Shown: positions 18,485-28,883, counted from the first letter of the stretch. The stretch: DNA of 64,000 bases from an uncultured Bdellovibrionales bacterium (GCA_964530135.1 CAZGXN010000005.1:2269-66268), one strand, 5' to 3'. Numbers and translations: made by a program. The notes: a model not told the origin generated them from the letters alone.

Positions 18485-19006
18485 TCAAAGACTTATATAT
18501 GAAAAAGGGCGCCAGTACCAAACACGATCACCCGGCGAGAGCGCCTTCGCCTCACCGGCATTGAGCTCCAGTACCTGGTCAACCGGTGCCGGTGGGGTAA
18601 CAATTTTCGGATTATCTGGCTGGATACCTCGCTCGATAAACACAATCCGACCTCGATAGAGGAACACCATATCCAATGGAAAGCGCATGCCCTTCATCCA
18701 AAACCCATAAGGATACGGCTGGTCAAAAAGAAAAAGCATACCTGTTTTTGCTGGCAGATCATCTCGTTCGCCAAGACCGCGCGTACGCAGTGGTTCGGTA
18801 TTCGCAATCTCGAGTGTCCACACTTGACCAGATGCAATTGCATGTGTCGGAAAGACCAGCTCATTTGGATCAAAGGCGCGTGGAAAATGTGATGAGATTA
18901 CAATAAAGATACCCAGACACAAAAAGATAAAGGTGCCCGCCACAATAACAGTCGGGGTGCTACGACCAAATAAAGACTGTCTCAAGCGAACAGAGGAACA
19001 AGTCAT
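18485..19006 (-). CDS. DUF192-family protein (COG1430-like)
   Basis: N-terminal TM plus MRFPLDMVFL and GRIVFIE blocks typical of DUF192. Confidence 0.55.
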   Translation of the reverse strand: MTCSSVRLRQSLFGRSTPTVIVAGTFIFLCLGIFIVISSHFPRAFDPNELVFPTHAIASGQVWTLEIANTEPLRTRGLGERDDLPAKTGMLFLFDQPYPYGFWMKGMRFPLDMVFLYRGRIVFIERGIQPDNPKIVTPPAPVDQVLELNAGEAKALSPGDRVWYWRPFSYISL

Positions 19007-19064
19007 AAATACTTTTTATCCCGATTACTTTCGGTGAAGATTCGCGCTGATGTGATACAGTGTA

Positions 19065-20099
19065 TCATAGTAACTTTTCCTTCCGTTGAACTCGAAGCCG
19101 CACTGGCAATAACAATGGAAGGATCGCCAACAGACTCCCCGCAACCATGAACACCCAGGCCTTACTTCCACCCTCAAGAAATAATGCAAGTAACCCCATA
19201 AACCCCGTTACCATGAGATAGGCACAGGCTACCGAGACTGGCCGCCATCCCTGAGCAAGAAGAAAGTGATGAAAATGCTCATGGTCAGGGAGAAAAGGAG
19301 AATGTCCAGAGAGAATCCGACGAATGAGTACAAACAGCGCATCAAAAACCGGAAGAGCGAGTACTAAAAGGAGCGTCGCGACCTTCATCCCAGCGTACAG
19401 TGCTAGTACCGCGAGCGAAAATCCGAAGAAATACGCCCCTCCGGTCCCCGCGAGGATACGCGCTGGATACCAGTTGAAGAAGGTGAGACTGAGTGAAAGA
19501 CCGAATAAGACTACTGCCAAAATAGCCACTGTCGGCTGATTGACCTCAGGCCGAAGAGCCAGCAGGAACAGTGTTCCGAAAGAAAGTGCCGCGATACCTG
19601 GCATAAGTCCATCGGTCCCATCAGCCCAATTTATAGCATTCATGATCAGCATCACCCAAGCCAACACCCCAAAAAATCCAAGAGACAGAGGAAAATGCAC
19701 GCCCGAGCGATTCAAGTACGCACCAAAGTCTAAATGCATACCCGACGAATACACAAGTAAACCAAGCAACACCTGAAAAGAGAGATGCCATGGCCATCGA
19801 ACATGTCCGAGATCATCCGCCACGGAAAAGAGAATGATTGCGAAAGACCCAATTCCGAGAGCGATAAATGAGGGATTCCATTCAAGACGACTATCACCAA
19901 GCAAGAAAATAAGAAATATGCCTCCGAGGAAGGCTCCGCCCAATCGGTAGAATTTCGGTATCAATTGTTCCCGACCCGCCTCACGCCGTTCAAAAGGTTT
20001 CTGGAAAAATGACCAGTGGATAACAATCCACAGAGTCACTGTCGAGACAATCAACGCCCCGGCCCAAGACATAAGGTAGAAGAATGGCCCATGCTCCAT
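19065..20099 (-). CDS. polyprenyl-phosphate N-acetylhexosamine-1-phosphate transferase (WecA/MraY family)
   Basis: Multi-pass membrane protein with the NAINWADGTDGL motif. Confidence 0.75.
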   Translation of the reverse strand: MEHGPFFYLMSWAGALIVSTVTLWIVIHWSFFQKPFERREAGREQLIPKFYRLGGAFLGGIFLIFLLGDSRLEWNPSFIALGIGSFAIILFSVADDLGHVRWPWHLSFQVLLGLLVYSSGMHLDFGAYLNRSGVHFPLSLGFFGVLAWVMLIMNAINWADGTDGLMPGIAALSFGTLFLLALRPEVNQPTVAILAVVLFGLSLSLTFFNWYPARILAGTGGAYFFGFSLAVLALYAGMKVATLLLVLALPVFDALFVLIRRILSGHSPFLPDHEHFHHFLLAQGWRPVSVACAYLMVTGFMGLLALFLEGGSKAWVFMVAGSLLAILPLLLPVRLRVQRKEKLL

Positions 20100-20111
20100 A
20101 TCAACCCGATA

Positions 20112-20480
20112 CTATGAATTGATCATGACAATCGCTGCGGTAGCTACCACACCCGAAAAAACAATGAGAAGCGCCCCGTACAGTAGGATAATAGCTGGCA
20201 GCAACACTTGTCGATGAGCCAGAATCCTCGCCAGCAAACAGTCACTCCCGAAAAGTACCAAACAGACACCTGGAATCAAATATACCTGCCACCAAGCACC
20301 GAGAATATCCACTCCAAAAAAAGCACTATAGCGGAGAATGAACACATCCGAAGAGGGTTGAATAAAAAAAGCACTCACCCCAATCAATATCCCATGTAGT
20401 ATCAGGCCCGTCCAAAGAATCCGACTCCAGGATCGGTCAAACAAGGTGCGGAGAGACTGTTTGGTTGAGGCATCCATCAT
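20112..20480 (-). CDS. hypothetical membrane protein
   Basis: Four predicted TM helices. No family recognised. Confidence 0.35.
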   Translation of the reverse strand: MMDASTKQSLRTLFDRSWSRILWTGLILHGILIGVSAFFIQPSSDVFILRYSAFFGVDILGAWWQVYLIPGVCLVLFGSDCLLARILAHRQVLLPAIILLYGALLIVFSGVVATAAIVMINS

Positions 20481-21574
20481 ACAGCTGGGGGCAATTCTGC
20501 TTGAGACACATCCACCGGTTCATCCTCGGGAGCAGCGAGACGAGTACGCTCCATTTGATCACCGAGCCGCATCAGTCGCTTTTCAGCATCCTCATATTTT
20601 TTTCCGGTATTTGAGATATGTTTCCCCAATACTTCAAATTCTTCATTGAACTTTCCAAATTCTCGTCCGAGTCGTTCTAATTGGACAAACATTTCCCTGG
20701 CTCGCTTCTCGATTTGCAGACCCTGGAGCCCAAACATGATTGTCTTCAGGTATGCATAGAAGGAGTTTGGTGAGACTGGAATCACGCGTTTTTTATTGAA
20801 ATATTCATACAGTCCCTGATGATCATCATCTTTGATAATGATTTCATAGTAGACATTCTCCGCTGGAATATACATCAGTGCCCAGTCAAGCGTCCCCTCA
20901 CTCGGGAGAATATACTTTGCCGCGATCGCGTCAACATGCTTCTTTACATCAGCGATAAATTGCCGGCGCGCTGCCGCCCGATCTTTCTCACCCTCGAGAG
21001 AGATGACGCGCTTAAAATTCTCAAGAGGAAATTTCGAATCAACACTGATGCTGCCTCCGCGAAGTGTAATCAGTGCATCAACTGTCTCACCGGTTTTAAA
21101 CGTATGCTGGAGCGCATAACAATCAGCCGGCAACATCTGAGACAGGATATCTCCGAGCATCGCCTCACCGAAGCCACCCCGAATCTTTGGCGCCTTGAGA
21201 ATATCCTGAAGAGACGCAACATCCTTTGTAACTTCCAGGATCTGTTCATTTGTTTTTCCCATCTCCGTGAGGCGTTCCCGAACATCGAGAAATTGTCGGC
21301 CTGCATCATTCAAGCGCTTGTCCAGGCGTTCCGTGTTGTCATGAAGACGCGTATCAAGCGTTGACTGCATATTGTGAAATTGCTGGGAGAGCGTCGCAGA
21401 AAACTGATGCATATCCTGACGCATCCCCTGTCCGAGATCTCGAACCTCCTGTTCGAGAATCGCCCGTTTCTCATCCAACAACCGAAAACGTGCCCGAAAA
21501 AGCGTTACCGCCCAAACCATCACCCCTCCAACCAAGAGTGCGGCAACGATAGTAATGAGGGTGGCAAGCTCCAT
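20477..21574 (-). CDS. rmuC: DNA recombination protein RmuC
   Basis: N-terminal TM plus coiled-coil, then RGGFGEAMLGDILSQMLP...GETVDALITLRGG...VDSKFPLENF RmuC core. Confidence 0.8.
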   Translation of the reverse strand: MELATLITIVAALLVGGVMVWAVTLFRARFRLLDEKRAILEQEVRDLGQGMRQDMHQFSATLSQQFHNMQSTLDTRLHDNTERLDKRLNDAGRQFLDVRERLTEMGKTNEQILEVTKDVASLQDILKAPKIRGGFGEAMLGDILSQMLPADCYALQHTFKTGETVDALITLRGGSISVDSKFPLENFKRVISLEGEKDRAAARRQFIADVKKHVDAIAAKYILPSEGTLDWALMYIPAENVYYEIIIKDDDHQGLYEYFNKKRVIPVSPNSFYAYLKTIMFGLQGLQIEKRAREMFVQLERLGREFGKFNEEFEVLGKHISNTGKKYEDAEKRLMRLGDQMERTRLAAPEDEPVDVSQAELPPAV

Positions 21575-21576
21575 GT

Positions 21577-22179
21577 CTATTTTCGGATACCTGCGACAAA
21601 ACGCTTAAGCTCGGGGACCTTGTTGACGACTTCCTCATACGGCCCCTCGAGGAATTCGATAAAGAAGCGGTCGAGCATATTCAAACGATAACGCAGCTCT
21701 TCACTGTTCATAAGGACAAATCGAATTTCTTTCCCCACCTCTGCTTCAAGAAAAGTAATTGCCTGTCGAAGCTTGGCTCGATTAATATTGTTCACCACGA
21801 GCACCATATCCACTTTTGATTTTGGATAGTTGAGAAACAGTCCGCTAATCAAGATAAGCTTTACTTCACCGACTATCTTAAGCTTCCGAAAGACTTGAGA
21901 CTGCGCATTCACATTCAGCTTCGAGACGAGCGTTTTCATCTCGAGATAAAAAGGAAAGTCCATATTACTCACATAGAGTTTCTTCCCCTGACGAGACTTC
22001 TCCGTAACAAACTTCATCTTTGCGAGACGCTTTACCTCGCGCAGAACATCGTTTCGCGAGAGAAGTGTCTTCTCAACAATATCGGCAATCGAAAATTCGG
22101 CTTCAGGATTCATCGTAAAAAAACGGATGAGACGGGCTCTCGGGCGGGATCCAAAGAGCGCTTCAAAGAGCGCAACAGA
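21577..22179 (-). CDS. putative winged-helix DNA-binding protein
   Basis: FSIADIVEKTLLSRNDVLREVKRLAKMKFV resembles a wHTH recognition region. Weak. Confidence 0.35.
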   Translation of the reverse strand, partial: SVALFEALFGSRPRARLIRFFTMNPEAEFSIADIVEKTLLSRNDVLREVKRLAKMKFVTEKSRQGKKLYVSNMDFPFYLEMKTLVSKLNVNAQSQVFRKLKIVGEVKLILISGLFLNYPKSKVDMVLVVNNINRAKLRQAITFLEAEVGKEIRFVLMNSEELRYRLNMLDRFFIEFLEGPYEEVVNKVPELKRFVAGIRK

Positions 22180-22333
22180 CATAAGGAGAATACAGTCTTT
22201 ACACAAGTTAGAGACAACAGCCTCAGTATACGAATGCTCATAGAAAAAGTCAACGCGTATTTTTTATCCTTTGAGGCTTGATTAAGGGACAAAAAGCCAC
22301 TTTCACTTCAAAAATTGTGCTATACTATAGGGT

Positions 22334-24802
22334 ATGCGTCCACGCACCGACAATCGGTCCGGAAAAACCTCTCCGGCCCCGCTCGAGAAACACTTTAGAG
22401 AAATCGTCGTGGGAAGCGGTCGGTCCCAAGAACCGTACATCATCGCCTTTCACTACGCGAGTGACAATGTCTCAAGCTCTCCTCTGGGGACGCTTTTCGG
22501 CTTTTTCGAAGTCGAGATTCATGACCAAGATGCCGCCTACATCGTGAATTTCCTTGCCTCCGTCGCAAAAAAAGAATACTTTGCCAACCCCCGCCGCAGC
22601 GCTATTGAGAGCTTTGAGACCACTCTACACAAGATCAATGTTGCCCTCGCTGAAATTGTCAAACACGGCAATATCTCCTGGCTGGGCCACCTCCATGGAG
22701 CGCTCGGGATAACGACTCAGGACACACTCCATTTTTCGGTTACCGGTGAGGGAGAAATATACCTCGCGCGTGAAGATGACCTCCATTCCATCAGTACTGG
22801 TCTTGCTGAAAATGAAGGCGAACCCCACCCCCTCAAAACCTTTACCGAAGTCGCGAGCGGAAAGCTCTATGATGGTGATCTCGTATTCACCCTTTCCCCC
22901 TCGGTCTGGTCACTCTTTTCTCCTGATGACCTCCGCCGAAGCCTGAACCGTCTCGGGCCAGCAGGTTTTGAACAGTTTCTCCGAACCGCACTCGTCAATG
23001 AGCTTTCCACAGCGGCCATCACGCTGATTACTTGCATGGCTCCCGTCGAATTGAAAAAGTCTGCGTCCCTTCCGCCCAAACCCGCCGCCAATCTTACGAA
23101 TGTTTGGAGCGACACACCCTTCCTCGCTGCCCGACAATCAAAGACTGGAGCGACCAAAACAAAAAATGTAGCCGAAACCAAGGATGAAAGCAATGATCCA
23201 ATTCGTCAGACCGCAGGACATATCTATATTCAAGCCTCACCCGATGAAGCCTTTGAAACGACTGACAACCCCTGGAGAGAACGGTGGGAAATGTTCTCGC
23301 ACGGGTTTGAAGAACAGGTACGCTCCTGGAACACTGCTCTCCGAAAGTCCAGCCGGCGCATCGGTAAAGAAAGCGCACTCGCCTTCGCCTTCCTCAGTAC
23401 CTGGACCGGACAGGTCGGTCGGACACTGAATCGTCGCATCCGGAATCTCAAACGCACCTGGAATGATAGGCGTCAGAAAAAGGCGCAAGAAAAAGAACAG
23501 GCAGCGCTCCTGAAGGTGACTGAGAAAATGCCACAAGTAAGACCTGCGGCAGAGCCAAGAGAGGAGACGATCCCTTCCGTCGCTTCTACGATCGCACATT
23601 CTGATCCAACCCCACCTCCGCGCGAGGAAACAAATACTTTCCCACCGTCATCTGAACGCGTCCGGCGGTTTTTCCAACGCGAATCGCGCCAGGAAGTAAC
23701 TTTTGGTACTGAAGCTAAACAACTGTTGGCTCAATGGAATGAGCGAATCATGCAGCTTAAATCTTCCATACTTCCTACCTTAGAACAGACTCGTCGTCAA
23801 TTAAAACATCTAACACTCTGGACAGAGCGATACCCTGCTGCCCTGCCCAGCCGCTTCCGAGAGTTTTGGGATGCCCGCTCTCCGAAAGAGCGGTGGCTGT
23901 GCATCGGCCTGGTTGTGGCTCTCATCATCGGGACACTCGCCTCTCTGAACTGGTCGGACAAAAAAGTATCGCCTGTGGAAACCATCGTAACCTCGCCCGT
24001 CCCAGAGTCCTCCGCGCCTGTCTTTCCGCCAGCGAACGAACCCAAGGCCACACTCCTCTCGACAAACCGATCTATCCTCTCGCTCGCGGACGGCATGCGC
24101 GCGATCGCTTTCGCCTCGGTCAACAACCTCCCATTCCTCGTGACTGATCGGGGTATCGTGAATCTCGCCACGCAGGAATCCATTGCTACCCCAGAACCGA
24201 TTCGTCTTGCAACAGCGATGGACGATTTGGATTTACTCTTCCTCCTTGGGACTTCCAATCGACTGTACAATTACAGTGTCACAACCAAAAAATTCAGTGA
24301 AAACACTCTCCCCCTTCCGGCCGGAACAAACATAGACGCCCTCGGCGCCTACCTCACCTATCTCTACACTCTCGATCAAGGGGCAGGCACTCTGCACCGT
24401 TTCCCGCGAGCTGAGGGCGGTTTCGACACACCTACTCGCTGGCTGAAAGAAACGGTGGCCCTCACCGAGGGTGGCAATATGGCCGTCTTTGAAAATGTCG
24501 CTCTCACCCTCCAGAACAAAGAACCCGCCCTTTACAGCCGCGGCATCCGAAGCACCGGCACTTTCGCTGGCACGACTACTTTGGTCACGACTGATGCTCT
24601 CACTTTTGACCAGAAGACTGGTGATCTCCTCGTTCTCGATCGAGCTCAGAAACGCATCATCCGCTGGTCAAATACTGGCACGCTCCTCGCCCAATACTAT
24701 CAAGAGTCATGGGGCACCGCTGAAACCTTCACGCTCTCACCCGACGGCACTGAACTCCTTGTCTCCGACCAAACTTCCGTCACTGCCTGGCCGATTCAGT
24801 AA
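22334..24802 (+). CDS. large (822 aa) hypothetical protein with cytoplasmic N-domain, central TM helix and C-terminal extracytoplasmic domain
   Basis: Long ORF with TM helix WLCIGLVVALIIGTLASL near residue 515. Basic/Pro-rich linker. No family confidently recognised. Confidence 0.45.
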   Translation: MRPRTDNRSGKTSPAPLEKHFREIVVGSGRSQEPYIIAFHYASDNVSSSPLGTLFGFFEVEIHDQDAAYIVNFLASVAKKEYFANPRRSAIESFETTLHKINVALAEIVKHGNISWLGHLHGALGITTQDTLHFSVTGEGEIYLAREDDLHSISTGLAENEGEPHPLKTFTEVASGKLYDGDLVFTLSPSVWSLFSPDDLRRSLNRLGPAGFEQFLRTALVNELSTAAITLITCMAPVELKKSASLPPKPAANLTNVWSDTPFLAARQSKTGATKTKNVAETKDESNDPIRQTAGHIYIQASPDEAFETTDNPWRERWEMFSHGFEEQVRSWNTALRKSSRRIGKESALAFAFLSTWTGQVGRTLNRRIRNLKRTWNDRRQKKAQEKEQAALLKVTEKMPQVRPAAEPREETIPSVASTIAHSDPTPPPREETNTFPPSSERVRRFFQRESRQEVTFGTEAKQLLAQWNERIMQLKSSILPTLEQTRRQLKHLTLWTERYPAALPSRFREFWDARSPKERWLCIGLVVALIIGTLASLNWSDKKVSPVETIVTSPVPESSAPVFPPANEPKATLLSTNRSILSLADGMRAIAFASVNNLPFLVTDRGIVNLATQESIATPEPIRLATAMDDLDLLFLLGTSNRLYNYSVTTKKFSENTLPLPAGTNIDALGAYLTYLYTLDQGAGTLHRFPRAEGGFDTPTRWLKETVALTEGGNMAVFENVALTLQNKEPALYSRGIRSTGTFAGTTTLVTTDALTFDQKTGDLLVLDRAQKRIIRWSNTGTLLAQYYQESWGTAETFTLSPDGTELLVSDQTSVTAWPIQ

Positions 24803-25000
24803 TGTACACAAAATTAAAAGCCCTGGAGATCCGTTAGATCATCAACAGGACTTGTTACCTCTTGCGAGGCATACTTGAGCAGCTCATTGGCCACTTGCAT
24901 CATTCAATTCACAACAAAAAAAACTACAATCTTTCAAGAGGATAATTGGAGCAAACAGACACAAAATTTCTCTTACAACGGTTGAAAACTGCTTTTTAGC

Positions 25001-25588
25001 TCATCTCTTTTTAAGTGAGACAGAGGGATACCCCATGAGACAGGCGGAACGAAACTCTCGTCCCATGTCATTCCAAGGATTGCTGATCAGGATATATCCG
25101 AATTTCCAGCGTGCTTCACCGGAATACTCTGTAGTAATCTGACCAGTATCAGGATCTTCGTCGATCCAGGAATCTTCTTCGAGAGAGAGACAGACAATGT
25201 AGCGCCGCCCACCTTTCCCTTTCACGACAGTTCCGGGGAAGTCGATGTAGCTGATGCCAAAACGCCGGTGAAGCGCCATGAGAACACTCTTTTGGACTCG
25301 ACCCCGACTCTTCATGAGAGAGTAATCTTGCCACAGCGCCTGACCGACAGCCGCGTCGAGCAGGATATATCCCTCTTCTTCGAGGCAATGGATCTTGCAA
25401 GCCATGCTCGCACTCCAGTACGGCGGCTGTTCCGGAAAGATGACACTTCCGAAGTCTACCTTCCGTAACATAAGAGAGCGACGATCTTGGGATTCGATGA
25501 CCAAGTCACCTCCGCTGCTGAAATACAGCGAATGAGGGTCGAAGGGCGTTGCCCGATTGATGGGCAGGAAACGCGAGAATCGTATCAT
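25001..25588 (-). CDS. hypothetical protein (195 aa), last gene of the ATPase operon
   Basis: ORF with no recognisable motifs. Co-directional with the upstream cluster. Confidence 0.4.
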   Translation of the reverse strand: MIRFSRFLPINRATPFDPHSLYFSSGGDLVIESQDRRSLMLRKVDFGSVIFPEQPPYWSASMACKIHCLEEEGYILLDAAVGQALWQDYSLMKSRGRVQKSVLMALHRRFGISYIDFPGTVVKGKGGRRYIVCLSLEEDSWIDEDPDTGQITTEYSGEARWKFGYILISNPWNDMGREFRSACLMGYPSVSLKKR

Positions 25589-25757
25589 GTGATGCTCCGA
25601 TTGTGAAAGAAATCCCTATCTGGCCGGGACCGGACGCCGTTTCAAGGTTTAATTTGAAACATTCTATTATACACTTTTTTATGATCTTTGTCTAGGGTCA
25701 AAAGAAACGAAGAAAAAGGCTCTAGAAGAATTCCTTTTGGTTCAAATTTTGGCAAGG

Positions 25758-25830
25758 ATTAAACTCGGGCACCTTCAGTAAGCTGGATACGGGACATGAT
25801 TTCCTGATTCACGATGCGGGTATCGCGACA
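25758..25830 (-). pseudogene. remnant copy of the 3' end of the 831-aa ATPase gene (encodes RDTRIVNQEIMSRIQLTEGARV*)
   Basis: About 62 bp with ~80% identity to 26377-26438. The in-frame translation matches the ATPase C-terminus RDARIVNQEIMSRIQLIEGAVVK. In-frame stops lie immediately upstream of the remnant. Confidence 0.55.
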
Positions 25831-25885
25831 GTTACTATTTTCACAGTACTCTACCATCCCACGATCTCTTTGGGATTACTTCCGT

Positions 25886-26323
25886 TTAGAGCTGATCGAT
25901 CGCATTTCTCAATTCAGCTACGAGAGACTGTAACTCTCCATCTGACATGACAGCACGAACACCATTTGCATGATCCAAATCACCCAGCCGGACATTCGGA
26001 ATGAAGTGATAGTGGAGGTGTTCGACGCTTTTCGGCCCGGCCGTGCCTTCCCGAACCATGAGCGTAAAGTTTTCATACCCGAGATACCGGAGGAGACGGG
26101 AACTCTTTTGGGCGAGATCCTGAATGTCTTCGTATTCTTCTGGACTGAGGTGGAGGAAGGATTTCCGGTGTTCTTTCGGAATAATCAGCAAATGGTGCTT
26201 GTGATACGGAGCGAGCGCATAGGTGACATAGGCGGTCTTATTTTCGATGAGCCGCCGGTCATCCGAAGCACAGAATGGGCAAGAACCAAGCGGGAGCGCA
26301 TCAATATAGTCAGTATATTTCAT
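25886..26323 (-). CDS. HIT-family (histidine triad) hydrolase
   Basis: HLHYHFIP histidine-triad motif plus N-terminal CPFC zinc-binding motif. Confidence 0.8.
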   Translation of the reverse strand: MKYTDYIDALPLGSCPFCASDDRRLIENKTAYVTYALAPYHKHHLLIIPKEHRKSFLHLSPEEYEDIQDLAQKSSRLLRYLGYENFTLMVREGTAGPKSVEHLHYHFIPNVRLGDLDHANGVRAVMSDGELQSLVAELRNAIDQL

Positions 26324-26363
26324 AGAGAGATTGGTTACTCATTACCCTGTCGCCCAGGCGCTC

Positions 26364-28859
26364 TTACTTCACAACTGCACCTTCAATAAGTTGAATGCGA
26401 GACATAATTTCCTGATTCACGATACGGGCATCACGACCATAGCGCAGCCGTGAGAGCTCTTTGAGAGCGTTCGCAACTTCCTGATCACCCGTTGTTGGTG
26501 GATAGGTCTTCAGGTTAAATGGCTTGGTTAATTCATTGTTTATGAGGAGTCGAGCAAAAGCCTGATAATTATCCACATTGACGATATCGTGCGCCGTGAA
26601 AACTGGAGCAAACTGTTTCTCGAGAAATTCAGCATCCTCGGGGCCAACCCGAAATGCGATGAGTGAACCAACATTTCCGAAGACCGCCTTTGATATTTCT
26701 TCTTTTAATTGTCCGATAAATTGATGCGCGAGGACAAGAACCAGCCGATATTTGCGTGCTTCCGAGAGAATCTGGGCAATCGAGGTCGTCGTAACATTTT
26801 GGAACTCATCCAGGTAAAGATAGAAATCTCGACGTTCTGCCTCTGGCTGATCAACTCGTGAGAGCGCAGCCATGAGAATCTTCCCAACCACTACCATGCC
26901 CAAAAGTCGCGCGTTGATTTCACCGATTTTCCCTTTCGATAGATTTATAAGAACGATTTTCCCCTGGTCCATCAGTTCACGAAAATTCAACGCACTTTCC
27001 TGCTGAGCGATGATGGGACGCATCATATCATTCGAAATGAAAGTCGTCAGTTTTGAGGTAATGTACGGCACCATATTAGCGAGCGCAGCTTCACCGCCAG
27101 CCTTCTCTGCTTCTTTCAGCCAGAAGTCGCGAACAATTGGATTTGTACAGTGCGCCAACTTATACCGACGGAATTCTTCGTCAGCCAACACTTTGGGGAT
27201 CTCCATAAGTGTCGAGCCACTTTCAGGATGCTCCATGATGAGGAGCATGGCGTTACGCATGTATTGCTCAAACATCGGACCACCTGTTGATTTCATATCA
27301 TACAACTGGTCAAAAATACCGATCATTTCATTAATAACAAAGGTCTTTTGCTCGGGGTGCTGGGGATCATATTCCAGCATATTGATACCGATCGGACGAG
27401 CGATATCGGCCGGATCAAACACGATAACATCCTCAGCCCGTTCTTTCGGAATAGCCGTCAAGATATCTTCAATCGCATCACCATGCGGATCGATAAAACA
27501 GAATCCTTTACCCGATCGCGCATCTTGCTTCGCCATCTCCTGTAAATAGTTGGATTTGCCGACACCCGTCTGCCCGACAACATACATATGCCGACGGCGA
27601 TCATTGTCCGTAATACGAATCTCTGTCTGTGTATTTCGGTAGTCATTATAACCGAGAAGAATCCCTTCTTTTGGAATATTGATAGGTGGTGGAGCAGCCC
27701 CTGCTTTCAGCCACTTGATCTTGGGAGTCTCTGTCGTCGAGATAGGGAAATGAAAGAAACTCGCCACTTCGTCCGGTGTGAGAATCATCGCAGCATCCGG
27801 ATCGAAGTTTCGAAAGATATAATGATAAGCAGCTCGCTTCAAAGCAGTACGTTTTTTCACTCGAAAACTATTCACTTCCGGATTTTCAAACTGAGTAAAA
27901 GAGTTCTCCATATGACTCAGAATACTTTCCGCTCGCGCTTTCGTAGCCGCCGAGGCGAGCAATCGAATATTGACCGAAAAAGCCACCTGACTCGCCTTCG
28001 CATCGATTGTCTTCACCAGCTCTTGTTCCTCTGGTGTAAGGACGACCGTTTTCTTTTCCGTGAGTGTCTGTGATTTTGTGTCCTGCTGCAATAAAATCCG
28101 TCCGACACCCTGCAATGTCGATTTTCCAACCAATGATGCAAATGTCTCAGGATGCGCATCTTTTAGACGCTTTCCGGCTTGCATATGCTGGGCGATATGG
28201 CGACTTCCTTGGCGCCAACCAGCCGGCGCAGGAGAGAGGATGATCTGGATCGCCGCTCCTTCCGTCACCGTTTCAAGTTTGGAAAGCGCATTGGATATCT
28301 CATTGAGTGGATCAACGGGGAGATTCTTGTACGTCTTTAGTGGCAATGCATGGCTCGCTGAAAGCTCTAAAATCGATACAGCAGTTTCTCCGGCCGGAGA
28401 AAAAATAGTGTAGTCTGATACCTTTTCAATTGCTGCATGAGGGAAAAAGCTATGGATCTGTTTCTCTACACTCTCACGATAGTGCTTGGGTACCGACAAA
28501 TAAAAGAAAATTTCCTCACTCGAAGAGGGATTGGCAATTTCAAAAATGATATGTGGTGGGTCGAAAAATAAGTGCTTCCACCATGGGAAATGGCGCTTGA
28601 GTGAAGCAAGTGATATCAGCAACTGTTCCATCGCCCGAATTTCCTCACGCCATTCATCGGGGCTATGCGTGGCGCCCTCCGCCGCCTTTTTTTTGCCAAC
28701 TTGGACTATCTCAAGGTCAAGATTGAGCGACTGTGAGACTTCAAAACGCAATAATAAAAACGCTTTCACTAACAGAAAAATACCAGAAACAAGTGCCAAT
28801 GCACCCGAGAGGTAAGCAAGCGGAAGAAGAATCACATTCAAATCAAATTCGGAAGGCAT
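26364..28859 (-). CDS. membrane-anchored P-loop ATPase of the HerA/FtsK/VirB4-VirD4 (type IV secretion / DNA translocase) clade
   Basis: N-terminal TM helix, ~400-aa N-domain, Walker A YVVGQTGVGKSNYL, Walker B FYLYLDEFQNV, then LVLVLAHQF. Architecture resembles VirB4/TraG-like conjugative ATPases. Confidence 0.65.
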   Translation of the reverse strand: MPSEFDLNVILLPLAYLSGALALVSGIFLLVKAFLLLRFEVSQSLNLDLEIVQVGKKKAAEGATHSPDEWREEIRAMEQLLISLASLKRHFPWWKHLFFDPPHIIFEIANPSSSEEIFFYLSVPKHYRESVEKQIHSFFPHAAIEKVSDYTIFSPAGETAVSILELSASHALPLKTYKNLPVDPLNEISNALSKLETVTEGAAIQIILSPAPAGWRQGSRHIAQHMQAGKRLKDAHPETFASLVGKSTLQGVGRILLQQDTKSQTLTEKKTVVLTPEEQELVKTIDAKASQVAFSVNIRLLASAATKARAESILSHMENSFTQFENPEVNSFRVKKRTALKRAAYHYIFRNFDPDAAMILTPDEVASFFHFPISTTETPKIKWLKAGAAPPPINIPKEGILLGYNDYRNTQTEIRITDNDRRRHMYVVGQTGVGKSNYLQEMAKQDARSGKGFCFIDPHGDAIEDILTAIPKERAEDVIVFDPADIARPIGINMLEYDPQHPEQKTFVINEMIGIFDQLYDMKSTGGPMFEQYMRNAMLLIMEHPESGSTLMEIPKVLADEEFRRYKLAHCTNPIVRDFWLKEAEKAGGEAALANMVPYITSKLTTFISNDMMRPIIAQQESALNFRELMDQGKIVLINLSKGKIGEINARLLGMVVVGKILMAALSRVDQPEAERRDFYLYLDEFQNVTTTSIAQILSEARKYRLVLVLAHQFIGQLKEEISKAVFGNVGSLIAFRVGPEDAEFLEKQFAPVFTAHDIVNVDNYQAFARLLINNELTKPFNLKTYPPTTGDQEVANALKELSRLRYGRDARIVNQEIMSRIQLIEGAVVK

Positions 28860-28883
28860 GTGTATCTGTCTGTTTGTTTGGTT

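Noticed and set aside
22278-22547. 89-aa plus-strand ORF upstream of, and overlapping, the 822-aa gene
   Set aside because: It overlaps the start of the long ORF in another frame and is most likely spurious. The long ORF accounts for the coding signal.
28531-28815. Plus-strand 94-aa ORF and other 60-180 aa plus-strand ORFs inside the 26364-34353 minus-strand operon
   Set aside because: All are antisense to long, continuous minus-strand ORFs with clear ATPase or other motifs, so they are shadow ORFs.
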